Assembly (NCBI GenBank): GCA_040386535.1
Contig: JAZKFH010000013.1
Span: 32,001 to 96,000 of the forward strand
Source of the DNA: Myxococcota bacterium
GTDB lineage: Bacteria; Myxococcota_A; UBA796; SXON01
DNA length: 64,000 nucleotides
Direction of reading: 5' to 3'
Shown: one piece after another, positions 1 to 7,962 of the stretch
Layout: the number at the start of each line of letters is the position of its first letter
Position numbering within the stretch: position 1 is the stretch's first letter
Translations under genes and position numbers: made by a program
The notes under the pieces: generated by a model
What the model was told of the DNA's origin: nothing
The model's database searches: none
Seen by the model: the letters and a program-made list of their open reading frames with translations, nothing else

Positions 1-98
1 GGAAGTGGAAGGCGACGGGCGGGAAGGCTGAAATCGTCGACCCGTGGGTGCCGGCGGACGCCGATCTGCACGCCCTAGCGTTCTCCTACCGGGTGTAG
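1..98 (+). CDS. Possible 3' end of a gene entering from the left (…KWKATGGKAEIVDPWVPADADLHALAFSYRV*), partial
   Basis: Open frame from position 3 to TAG at 96-98 with G/C-ending codons; convergent with the AIPR gene. Confidence 0.35.
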   Translation, partial: KWKATGGKAEIVDPWVPADADLHALAFSYRV

Positions 99-154
99 CG
101 CCGAGGACGCGCGCGCCATCCACCCGAGAGAGCACGGCCCGATGCAGCGCGGCC

Positions 155-1897
155 TCACAGCCGCGGCCCAAACAGGGAGATCTGACGCGACGCCCGAGAC
201 GCGGCGCGCTGTTGCCGATCGGCTGCGGAGACCGGCCTGACAGGCTCGGCAAAGAGGTCACCAAAGAGGTCCCGCTCCAATGCCTCACACTTCGAGGGGG
301 TCTTGAACGCCCAGGCGATGTAGGTGTCCTGAAGAACTTCGTCGAGGCCGTGCTCCAGTCGATCCAGGACGGCCACCGCGAGACCCGCGACATCCTCGGA
401 TTCCGAGGAAGCCCGCCCCCGAAGGGTTCGGAACACCTGCCGCGCAATGAAACGGTTGCCGTGAACGGCAACCTGCCGACGGACGTCCACGCCGTCGCCT
501 CGTGCCTCCTCGAGCGCTCCTTCGACCTGGCGAAGAACCTTGACGCACCGCCACAGCCGCACTCCTGGAAGGGCCCCGTTGAAGATCGTGGTGTAGGGCG
601 GCAGAGTAATGTCGGCCCAGAGGCGCCCGATGTTGCCCTTGGCCTGGACCGTCAACTGGATGTCGTCAGCGGCGCAGGCGAGTGCAACGGTGGCCTCCTC
701 GATGGTACAGCCGTCCTGGCCCGTCAGGTTTGGTTCGCCGCTCCGATACGCGTAGTTGACGCCTTCCAACGAGAGTTCGAGCTTGAGACGCCTCTGCTCG
801 TCGTCCAGCGCCGCGAAGTCCCTCGATTCGATCCGGTTCTGGGTGTTCGTGGCCCGCGTGACCGCGTTGGCAAACTCAGAGTGGGCTTCGGCGAGGGAAA
901 TGAGGCGGACCATTACGCGTGCGCCCTCCACTCCTTCCCCGCGCGTTCGCCCGATCGTCCCCACCGTCTGCGCCCCGTTGACGACGGCCACGCCCTTGCA
1001 GACAAAAATCCCCGTGGACCTTGAATCTCCCCCCATCGGCTTCTTGGCGATCTCCGTGCACAGGATCGTGAGTCCGTTGTTCAGGTACCAAAACCGTTCG
1101 GGCTGGGACACGAGCGTGTCAGCGATCGCTTCGTTGACCGCGGAATCACCAAGAAACGAACGAAGGTTCTTGCTGAAAAGCTGATGACGGTGGTCATTCC
1201 ACCATCGGGCAACGTCGGCGACGCTCACCTGACCGTAGAACGCCCTGAAAGGAGCGGCTACCTGCCCCCAGTCCTGGAGCATGACCTCGAGATCGATCGG
1301 TCGCACGTCGATCGACTGGGCGACGGCCTTGTACAGCTCCGCCTGCCCCAGGTACCGCCACAGGACGATTTCGCTCACGTCGTTCACTGAGACGACGAAG
1401 TCTTCCAGTAGCCGCTTGCAAGCCGGGCTTACCGGCTTGGCGCTGGTCGTCACCAGGATGACTTCGAATCGTGTCTTCGGATCATCCAGTGCCTTCGCGA
1501 GCGCCACGTGGTGCGCGCGAAACTTGTCGTTGAACCGTTCAAACCTTGCTCGCTGAAGGTCGCGCACACCCTGGAGGAACTTGCTGACCTCCCCGGAATC
1601 GATTCCTCCCTCGCCCGACTGGATCCACTTCGCCTGTACGAGGTACACGCAGCGCTCGTGCTCGTCGTAGTAGACAGCGTCGATGCCGTTGTCCTGGAAG
1701 CCATCGACGATCTGCGCGCACGCAGGTCGAGGCTCGAGGCCGGAAGCGATCCGGAGTCCGAAGGCGGCGAGCGCGCGGCTGAGCTTGGCGGGCTCGGGGG
1801 CGCCTCGGCCGCGCTTGGCGAGGTCGGACACGTCCACATGCGGCTCAAAGGTCTCGGACAACACCCGTTGGATGTGCCGCATGTGAATCTCGCTCAC
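155..1897 (-). CDS. AIPR-family (abortive infection phage resistance) protein
   Basis: N-terminal PD-(D/E)xK-like motif DGFQDNGIDAVYYD…LVQAKW; C-terminal AIPR motifs NLRSFLG, FWYLNNGLTI, VVNGAQT, ATNTQN. Confidence 0.88.
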   Translation of the reverse strand: MSEIHMRHIQRVLSETFEPHVDVSDLAKRGRGAPEPAKLSRALAAFGLRIASGLEPRPACAQIVDGFQDNGIDAVYYDEHERCVYLVQAKWIQSGEGGIDSGEVSKFLQGVRDLQRARFERFNDKFRAHHVALAKALDDPKTRFEVILVTTSAKPVSPACKRLLEDFVVSVNDVSEIVLWRYLGQAELYKAVAQSIDVRPIDLEVMLQDWGQVAAPFRAFYGQVSVADVARWWNDHRHQLFSKNLRSFLGDSAVNEAIADTLVSQPERFWYLNNGLTILCTEIAKKPMGGDSRSTGIFVCKGVAVVNGAQTVGTIGRTRGEGVEGARVMVRLISLAEAHSEFANAVTRATNTQNRIESRDFAALDDEQRRLKLELSLEGVNYAYRSGEPNLTGQDGCTIEEATVALACAADDIQLTVQAKGNIGRLWADITLPPYTTIFNGALPGVRLWRCVKVLRQVEGALEEARGDGVDVRRQVAVHGNRFIARQVFRTLRGRASSESEDVAGLAVAVLDRLEHGLDEVLQDTYIAWAFKTPSKCEALERDLFGDLFAEPVRPVSAADRQQRAASRASRQISLFGPRL

Positions 1898-2056
1898 GAC
1901 TTTGATCCCTCCCGCGTGCGAACGCGCGAACCTTCTCGCACGCGCCAGTCTCCAGCGTCAAGCCGGCGAGGGACAGGCAACACCCGCGGCGCGCACGCCG
2001 CTCCGCGGAGGTCGCGCGCCTGGGCGAGGTGACGCCTGTGGCCGGCCCGCTGCCGT

Positions 2057-2398
2057 TCAGTCGCGCATCTCTCGCAACAGCCCAATCAAGGCCGCTCTTC
2101 GTGCGGGCGGCATCGCGTGCCAGAGGCGCAGCATCTCGGACTCCTCGTCACCTGCCGGAGCGTCCTGCGCGACACCGGCGAGCAGCTGCGCAGGTTGCAC
2201 GCCGAGGGCCTTCGCCGCGAGCACGAGCAACGGCACCGTGAGCGGCACCCGCCCCTGCTCGTACCGCGACAGCGTCCCCGGCTCGATGCCGAGCGTCGCG
2301 GCCAAGGCCTCCTGGGTCACCGCCGCTCCACGACGGGTCGTGGCAAGCCGGGCACCGACGGCTTGCTGGATGATCAGATCGGTGGGGCGGCGCGGCAT
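2057..2398 (-). CDS. XRE-family HTH transcriptional regulator
   Basis: VGARLATTRRGAAVTQEALAATLGIEPGTLSRYEQG = HTH_3 pattern; ATG at 2398 chosen. Confidence 0.85.
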   Translation of the reverse strand: MPRRPTDLIIQQAVGARLATTRRGAAVTQEALAATLGIEPGTLSRYEQGRVPLTVPLLVLAAKALGVQPAQLLAGVAQDAPAGDEESEMLRLWHAMPPARRAALIGLLREMRD

Positions 2399-2506
2399 GA
2401 AGCAGCGGACGCTCGCAGGTCGGGGAGGGTCGGTCCATGGCGGGAAAAGATGGTGACTTGCGCGATCCGACAAGACGCGGCATCCTCCTCCGGTCGGGAG
2501 GAACCC

Positions 2507-3328
2507 ATGAGCGAGGAGGAGTGCCGGGTACCGCTAAGGGTGCTTCGATCGGCCGACTGGGCAGCGCTGGTCAAGAAATCGCCGCTCGCCGTCCACATCT
2601 GGCTTGTCCTCGACGCACTGTCCGACCAGGAGCGGGTCGCCGAGTGCTCCCAGTATCGTCTCGCGCGACTCGCCAACGGCTGGCGGCGCTCCGTGGTAGC
2701 CGCCATCGACCTCCTTCAAGCTCTCGGATGGCTTCGGGTTCTGGAGGCGCGGTACAGGACAACAACGGGCGAGACCGTGACGTGCTCTCGGGCAACGCGC
2801 CCTACTCCCCGCTCCACCCGCCTGCCCGACCGGTACGAGCTCTGCGCCGTCGTTTCACCGCGGCAAGGGGCCTACGCGCAGTTTCGCGGGTCCGTCCCGC
2901 TTCGCGCCCTGGTGTCGCCGGAGTGGGCGGCGCTTCGAGACCGTAGCGGTCAGGCCATGCACGTGCTGCTGGTGCTCGTGGGGTACGCCGCCCGCGGCGA
3001 GCCGGCGAGCGCGTCGAATGTGGCTCGGGAGTGCACCATCGCCCGACCCCGGTTCTGGGAAGCGATCAAGCTCCTCACTGAGGGCGCCGAGCCGTGGTTC
3101 GCGCGCGAACACGTCGCCTCCGTTGAGGGCGGATCGTCGGCAAACCGCTACCGGGCAGTGAGCGACCTCCTTCGCCCCGCAGGCCCAGAAGGGGCCCCGC
3201 AGGAGGCCGACGCCATCGAGGCAAGTCCGGAGGCGCTCCTCGCGCGCCTTCGCGCGATCCCGCCACAGGAGCGCGCTATCTACCTGCGAGTTCTGACGGA
3301 TCTCGGCGAGGCCTTGGCGGCGCCTTGA
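2507..3328 (+). CDS. Protein with two tandem winged-helix-like repeats (phage/plasmid replication-initiator-like)
   Basis: ATG at 2507 after GGGAGG; internal duplication VPLRVLRSADWAAL… / VPLRALVSPEWAAL…, each ending in a DRY/NRY motif. Confidence 0.65.
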   Translation: MSEEECRVPLRVLRSADWAALVKKSPLAVHIWLVLDALSDQERVAECSQYRLARLANGWRRSVVAAIDLLQALGWLRVLEARYRTTTGETVTCSRATRPTPRSTRLPDRYELCAVVSPRQGAYAQFRGSVPLRALVSPEWAALRDRSGQAMHVLLVLVGYAARGEPASASNVARECTIARPRFWEAIKLLTEGAEPWFAREHVASVEGGSSANRYRAVSDLLRPAGPEGAPQEADAIEASPEALLARLRAIPPQERAIYLRVLTDLGEALAAP

Positions 3329-3357
3329 TCCCGCGGCGCCAGATGTTCGCGGCCAGC

Positions 3358-4017
3358 TCACCCTGAGGCCAGTAGCGCCTCCGCCAAGGTCTCGACCGAG
3401 GCCTCCACCTTCCTCAGCCGCTGGATCACCGCGAGCAGTGCTCTCTCGTGCTCGTCGACTTTGGAGCGGCTGGCGTCCTCCCCTGACTCGGTGACTCGTC
3501 GCTCCACCGAAGCCGTTCGCCGGGCGAGTTGCACGGCGGCTTCCGCCAGCCGAGTGAGCGCTGCCTCGACCTTGCGGTGACGCTCATCGGCGGTCGCCTC
3601 GAGTCCCTCGATGGAGGACCAGACGCCCTGCGAAGGGTCCTTCCGATCGCGTCGGTCATTCATCACTTCCACGCGCAGGCGTTGTAGCTCCTCGCGCAAT
3701 GCGCGAACCCCACCCGCTGGCTGACGCCCCGAAGGCCGAGGCGCGATCCGGCGAACCACGCCAGACGGGACGCGGATCGTCGGCCGCGCGCTCGGTGGAG
3801 AGTCGGAGTCGGCGCCAGTCACGCCCAGCGGGGCCTCGTGGGCGGCTGCCGTCGTTTTTGCTGGCGAGGCACTTGCGGCCATTTGCCTCCGATCCCGGCT
3901 CGCCTGCGCCCGACACGCCGCGCTGCAGTACCGCGCGTCGGACCTCCGTGGCACGAACGACGCGCCGCAAGTCGCCTGAGCACACGCACCTGTTCGGCTT
4001 CCAAGCGCTGTCTCCAC
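3358..4017 (-). CDS. Hypothetical protein: N-terminal Cys4 finger plus C-terminal coiled coil
   Basis: CAQATCGASFVPRRSDARYCSAACR motif; heptad-like C-terminal half; 1 bp from the upstream XRE gene. Confidence 0.65.
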   Translation of the reverse strand: METALGSRTGACAQATCGASFVPRRSDARYCSAACRAQASRDRRQMAASASPAKTTAAAHEAPLGVTGADSDSPPSARPTIRVPSGVVRRIAPRPSGRQPAGGVRALREELQRLRVEVMNDRRDRKDPSQGVWSSIEGLEATADERHRKVEAALTRLAEAAVQLARRTASVERRVTESGEDASRSKVDEHERALLAVIQRLRKVEASVETLAEALLASG

Positions 4018-4018
4018 G

Positions 4019-4447
4019 CTACCTCCCCTTCCGGCCGACGGTCAGAACGGTGACCGGAACGATCGTAAAGCGCGGGCGCGATGCGTCGTAGATGCGCGCG
4101 ACCACCTGGTCAACCGCGACGTGGTCCATCGGCGTCTCGTGAGGAAGGACGGCGCGGTTCACGACCGAGACGCCGCGGTCACGCAAGACGCGCGCGGCAT
4201 CATCCATCAGCGTGAGCAGGCCTCCGGCGTTCTCGATCACGTCACGGCCGCGGAGTGTCTCCCCCATGTCGAAGAGCAGCCTGAACGTGGGGGTGGTCTT
4301 TCCCATCTCCAGCTGGCTCAGGGCAGGCGGCGAGATCCGCAGCAGCCCCGCGAGCTCCGCCTGACTGCAACGCGCTGCCCGCCGCACGACGACGAGGCAC
4401 CTCCCGAACAAGGTGGCGGTGTCCACGGTGAGCGCGTCGTCGTCCAT
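4019..4447 (-). CDS. XRE-family HTH regulator (putative repressor of the element)
   Basis: VRRAARCSQAELAGLLRISPPALSQLEMGKTTPT HTH; divergent from xis-int. Confidence 0.8.
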   Translation of the reverse strand: MDDDALTVDTATLFGRCLVVVRRAARCSQAELAGLLRISPPALSQLEMGKTTPTFRLLFDMGETLRGRDVIENAGGLLTLMDDAARVLRDRGVSVVNRAVLPHETPMDHVAVDQVVARIYDASRPRFTIVPVTVLTVGRKGR

Positions 4448-4470
4448 TATTTTCTCGTAACTCGTGAAGC

Positions 4471-4510
4471 TTGACTTAATCCATGAAGCCGGGCTTAAGT
4501 GCACGTGCAC
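4471..4510 (+). promoter_or_regulatory. Putative promoter/operator in the repressor-xis divergent region
   Basis: TTGACT-N18-TTAAGT, inverted repeat ACTTAA…TTAAGT and palindrome GTGCACGTGCAC in an AT-richer patch. Confidence 0.4.
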
Positions 4511-4549
4511 CTGAAACGCGTCGCCCTCCCACTACCCGATCCGAACCCG

Positions 4550-4732
4550 ATGCCCCACAAACCCCTTCGTCCCCCGTCATCTTCGGATGTGGCTCCGCGT
4601 GCGGGTCCGTGTTCGCGTGCGGGTGCGCCTGCCGGTGCGGATCAACACCGCTGGCATCGTCGCCGAGGCGCGGCGTCGCGTGCGCCAGCCCTGCGCATCC
4701 GCCCGCCGGGCGCGTCTTTGGGCGCCGAATGA
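4550..4732 (+). CDS. Possible small ORF (60 aa) coupled to the excisionase
   Basis: Its TGA overlaps the xis ATG (ATGA at 4729-4732); no recognisable motif. Confidence 0.25.
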   Translation: MPHKPLRPPSSSDVAPRAGPCSRAGAPAGADQHRWHRRRGAASRAPALRIRPPGASLGAE

Positions 4733-5154
4733 CCCCGCAGGCCCCGAGCTCCCATCCCCTCAGCGTCAAAGAAACGGCCGAGTTCCTCGGCGTCTGCTGT
4801 CGCACCATCTACAACCTCGTCGACCGCGGGGAGCTCCCGTTCTTCCGCGCCGGCAAGACCATCCGCTTCCGAAAGCCCACCCTCGAAGCCTGGATCCAAG
4901 CACAGGAGAATCATGCCCCCCTATCAGCGCGAGAACGGCCAGTGGTACAGCAACTTCTGGGCGCCGGACCCGGAGAAGCCGGGAAGCCGCCGCCGATACC
5001 GCCAGCCGCTTGGCATCGTCCCCACAAAAAAGGCGGCGGAGGTCGCGGAGAGGCAGCTCCGCGCGCAGATCGAGGCGCAGGCCGCCGGGGCACCGACGTC
5101 GTCCCACCCGGCGCCCTCCCCTTCCGCAAGCCCAAGCCGTCCAGCGAACCCTGA
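4729..5154 (+). CDS. Excisionase-like HTH_17 DNA-binding protein; frame runs on into the integrase gene
   Basis: LSVKETAEFLGVCCRTIYNLVDRGELPFFRAGKTIRFRKPTLEAWI is a typical excisionase HTH; no stop until 5154. Confidence 0.8.
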   Translation: MTPQAPSSHPLSVKETAEFLGVCCRTIYNLVDRGELPFFRAGKTIRFRKPTLEAWIQAQENHAPLSARERPVVQQLLGAGPGEAGKPPPIPPAAWHRPHKKGGGGRGEAAPRADRGAGRRGTDVVPPGALPFRKPKPSSEP

Positions 5155-6226
5155 GCTCCCGAGCGCCTCGTTCTCGGGCCTCGCGGCGAAGTGGCTGGAG
5201 GTGGCGATCGCTCCGAAGCGGAAGCCGAAGACCTACCAGTTCTACGAGTACATCTGCCGCGTCTGGCTCGTGCCCTACTTCGGAGACCGGGAGGCGAGCA
5301 GCATCACGCCAGTCGATGTGGAGGCGCTCCAGGCCTACGTCGCCAAGACGCCGCGCAAGAAGAACAACGACGACGGCGAGAAGGCCCCGCCCGGCCCGAA
5401 GACCAACAACGAGATCCTCGGGTGCCTCTCGTCCATGCTCGCCACCGCGAAGCGCTGGCGCTACCTGCACTCGAACCCCTGCGACGACGTGGGCCGCATG
5501 TCGGTGCCTCGGGCGAAGCTCGCCTTCTACAACGCCCAGGACGCCGCACGGTGGCTGACCACCTGCGAGCGGCTTGAACCCGACTGGTACGGCTTCTTCC
5601 TCACCGGCTTCCGCACGGGCCTCCGCGAGGGCGAGCTCTTCGCGCTTCGTGTCGAGGACGTGGATCTGAACGCGCGGAGGCTCACCGTCCGCAGCACCTA
5701 CGGCGCCGCCGCGCGCCGGCACGAGACGACCGGCCAGGCAATTCCCGTCCACGTCGAGGGCACGACGAAGTCCGGCCACGACCGCACGGTCGGCATCAGC
5801 CCGATGCTCGGCGAGGTGCTCCGCGCACACATCGGCATGCGTAAGGTCGGCCTCGTGTTCTCACGGGCCGCGCGGGAAGACGGCGACGCGCACCTTCGCC
5901 TCTCCAACATCCTCGGGCCGTGGCGACGCGTGACCGCCGCCGCGAAGCTCCCCGCGTACACCATCCACGCTATGCGCCACAGCTTCGCGAGCCAGCTGGT
6001 GATGGCGAGCGTGCCGCTCTCCCACGTGCAGGCCCTGCTGGGCCACTCGACCATCAAGATGACCGAGCGCTACGCCCATCTCGCACCCGGCTTCGCGTCG
6101 GGACACGTGGACGTTCTGGACACAATCCCGGTCACACCCGGGAGGCCGAGCTCCACGAGTGGAGCTTCAAGGCCTGGAAAAGTGGTGGGCGTTACTGGAT
6201 TTGAACCAGTGGCTCCTACCGTGTGA
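4913..6226 (+). CDS. Tyrosine recombinase / phage integrase
   Basis: RBS GGAGAA; catalytic residues in TGLREGEL (R), TTKSG (K), HAMRHSFAS (HxxR), LGHS (H), TERYAHL (Y); N-terminal arm-binding-like region. Confidence 0.95.
   Translation: MPPYQRENGQWYSNFWAPDPEKPGSRRRYRQPLGIVPTKKAAEVAERQLRAQIEAQAAGAPTSSHPAPSPSASPSRPANPELPSASFSGLAAKWLEVAIAPKRKPKTYQFYEYICRVWLVPYFGDREASSITPVDVEALQAYVAKTPRKKNNDDGEKAPPGPKTNNEILGCLSSMLATAKRWRYLHSNPCDDVGRMSVPRAKLAFYNAQDAARWLTTCERLEPDWYGFFLTGFRTGLREGELFALRVEDVDLNARRLTVRSTYGAAARRHETTGQAIPVHVEGTTKSGHDRTVGISPMLGEVLRAHIGMRKVGLVFSRAAREDGDAHLRLSNILGPWRRVTAAAKLPAYTIHAMRHSFASQLVMASVPLSHVQALLGHSTIKMTERYAHLAPGFASGHVDVLDTIPVTPGRPSSTSGASRPGKVVGVTGFEPVAPTV
6143..6175 (-). terminator. 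GC-rich hairpin just downstream of the tRNA, inside the integrase CDS
   Basis: AGGCC-GAGCTCCAC-GA-GTGGAGCTT-CAA-GGCCT inverted repeat; no clear U-tract. Confidence 0.45.
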
Positions 6227-6257
6227 AGGTAGTACTCTACCGCTGAGTTAAACGCCC
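6183..6257 (-). tRNA. tRNA-Val (anticodon CAC)
   Basis: Reverse complement GGGCGTTTAACTCAGCGGTAGAGTACTACCTTCACACGGTAGGAGCCACTGGTTCAAATCCAGTAACGCCCACCA: cloverleaf, CTACC/GGTAG anticodon stem, TTCAAAT T-loop, encoded CCA. Confidence 0.97.
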
Positions 6258-6369
6258 TTTTCGACGAACGCAGCCCTATTAACAAGCCCACGGAACACGT
6301 CAAGGCACTTCCTCAACCGTCCTCTCGGAACGCCGCCCCCGGCCCCGGCGCGCCACGATAAGCCCGCGC

Positions 6370-7338
6370 ATGCCCGACTGCGAAGTTCAGGTTCACGGCG
6401 CCGGATGGGCGGGGCTCGCCATCACGAAGGGGCTCAGGGACGCCGGCGTCAACGTGCGCCTCGTCGATCCGGCGGGCGCGCTCGGCGGGGCCTCGGGCCG
6501 ATCGTTGGGGCTCGTGCTCCCGATGCACCCCGAGCACCCCCACCGCCTCGAAGCCGGCATCGGCACCGCCGGGGCCGCCGCCCTCGTGGACTTCATCCGC
6601 GCGGGGCTCGACCAGCTCCCCGGCCTCGCGCGCGTCGGGGTGGATTGGCGGGCGTCGCCCCAGGAGGAGGGGGAGCTCGACCTCGCGCTCGCCGCGGCGG
6701 CCCGCATCGGGGTCGGCGCGATGCGGATCCCCGGCGGCTACCACCTCCACGACGGCGGCGTGGTGGATCTCGCGGTGCTCCACGCCACGTTGGCAGGCCC
6801 AGAAGTGCACGCCGAGGCGGTAACGGCCGAGATCGACGTGTACGCGACCGGCGCCGTCGCGCTCGATCCCTTCCTCGCCGACAAGATCACGCCCGTCCGG
6901 TGGCAGTCGGTCCACTTCGACGCGGGCCCGTTGCTCGCCATCCCGGTGGTGTCGCAACACGCCACTGTTTTCTGGACCGGCGGGCCTGATGGCCTCGATG
7001 CCGCGGGCGCCCGCTGGGCCACCCCCCACATGGAGGTCGGCGAGACGGTGGCCGAGCCCGAGCCCCGCGTCACCACCATGCTCGAGCGCCTCACGCGCCA
7101 GGCGTTTCCCGAGGCGGGCGCGCTCGTGGGGGCCCGCGCGGCGATCGTGGGCGAGAGCTGCGACGGGCTGCCGATCGTAGGGCCCATCCCCGGGCGGCCG
7201 CGGGCCATCGTGTGCACCGGCTTCGGCGTCGCGGGGCTGGCGTACGCGTTGCCGTGCGCGCGCGCGGTGGTCGACGGCATCCTCGGGCGGCCGACCCGCG
7301 GGGTTCCCGCGCCGCTGCGCGTTACACGCTTCGGGTAG
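6370..7338 (+). CDS. FAD-dependent oxidoreductase (DAO/glycine oxidase-like)
   Basis: VHGAGWAGL dinucleotide-binding motif; DGLPIVGP…CTGFG C-terminal motif. Confidence 0.8.
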   Translation: MPDCEVQVHGAGWAGLAITKGLRDAGVNVRLVDPAGALGGASGRSLGLVLPMHPEHPHRLEAGIGTAGAAALVDFIRAGLDQLPGLARVGVDWRASPQEEGELDLALAAAARIGVGAMRIPGGYHLHDGGVVDLAVLHATLAGPEVHAEAVTAEIDVYATGAVALDPFLADKITPVRWQSVHFDAGPLLAIPVVSQHATVFWTGGPDGLDAAGARWATPHMEVGETVAEPEPRVTTMLERLTRQAFPEAGALVGARAAIVGESCDGLPIVGPIPGRPRAIVCTGFGVAGLAYALPCARAVVDGILGRPTRGVPAPLRVTRFG

Positions 7339-7347
7339 AGGAAAGCC

Positions 7348-7962
7348 GTGCCCGCCCCGCCCTCGTTCCGGCTCGACACCCTGTCGGTCCACCTCGTCAG
7401 CCGCCTCGAGGCCACCCGACGCGCCCACCTCGACACGCCCGACGCCGCGCGCGCCGCGTTCGCCCGCGTCGTCGAGGAGTCCGCGTCCGCGCTCGCCCGA
7501 GAGTGCCGCGACGTGCTGGGGGACGAGGAGCAGGCGCGCCTCCTCGAACGCGAGTCCCGGGAGACCTTCCTGCCCCGCTACACGCGGATGGCCCTCGCCC
7601 AGAACCGGGTCGAGGCCCGCGGCTTCGGCGGCCCGTTCGGGGATGGCCCCTTCGCCCGCATCGTCGCCACCGTGCTCGCCGTCGCCATCGCGGCCGTAGG
7701 CGCCCGCTTCCTGCCGCCGATCGCGGAGGGGCTGTTGTTCCTCATGGCCTTCATCACGCCGATCGCGCCCGAGCTCCGCGTCGCGTGGACCCGCCGCGCG
7801 TGGTCGAAGGAGCTCCAGGAGCTCGCGGATGATCTCGGCCGCCTCCAGGACGCCGCCGAGACGCTCCCCGAATTCCCGCGCACCGCCTCGGCCGCCACGC
7901 CCGTCGACACCACGCCCACCGACGCCACGCCAGTCAAGCCCCGCAGCAAGGAGGCCAACTGA
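7348..7962 (+). CDS. Hypothetical membrane protein (2 TM)
   Basis: Two hydrophobic segments; TGATG coupling to the next gene. Confidence 0.75.
   Translation: MPAPPSFRLDTLSVHLVSRLEATRRAHLDTPDAARAAFARVVEESASALARECRDVLGDEEQARLLERESRETFLPRYTRMALAQNRVEARGFGGPFGDGPFARIVATVLAVAIAAVGARFLPPIAEGLLFLMAFITPIAPELRVAWTRRAWSKELQELADDLGRLQDAAETLPEFPRTASAATPVDTTPTDATPVKPRSKEAN

Larger units (their letters stand above)
1..6226. mobile_element. Right end of a tRNA-Val-integrated element (genomic island, prophage-like or integrative plasmid); left end lies outside the window
   Basis: Tyrosine integrase plus excisionase abutting the tRNA 3' end, XRE regulators, wHTH replication-like gene, defence cargo; visibly more A/T-ending codons than the genes to the right. 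Confidence 0.85.

Noticed and set aside
4587..5558. ORF starting MWLRVRVRVRVRVR
   Set aside because: The RV repeat comes from a short degenerate hexamer run, and the frame overlaps xis and int without any motif.
1..6182. Second att repeat of the integrated element
   Set aside because: I could not find a copy of the tRNA 3' end elsewhere in the window, so the left boundary is not called.
6270..6303. Sigma70 promoter for the tRNA (TTGACG…TAATAG on the minus strand)
   Set aside because: The -35 box is good, but the -10 box and spacing are ambiguous.
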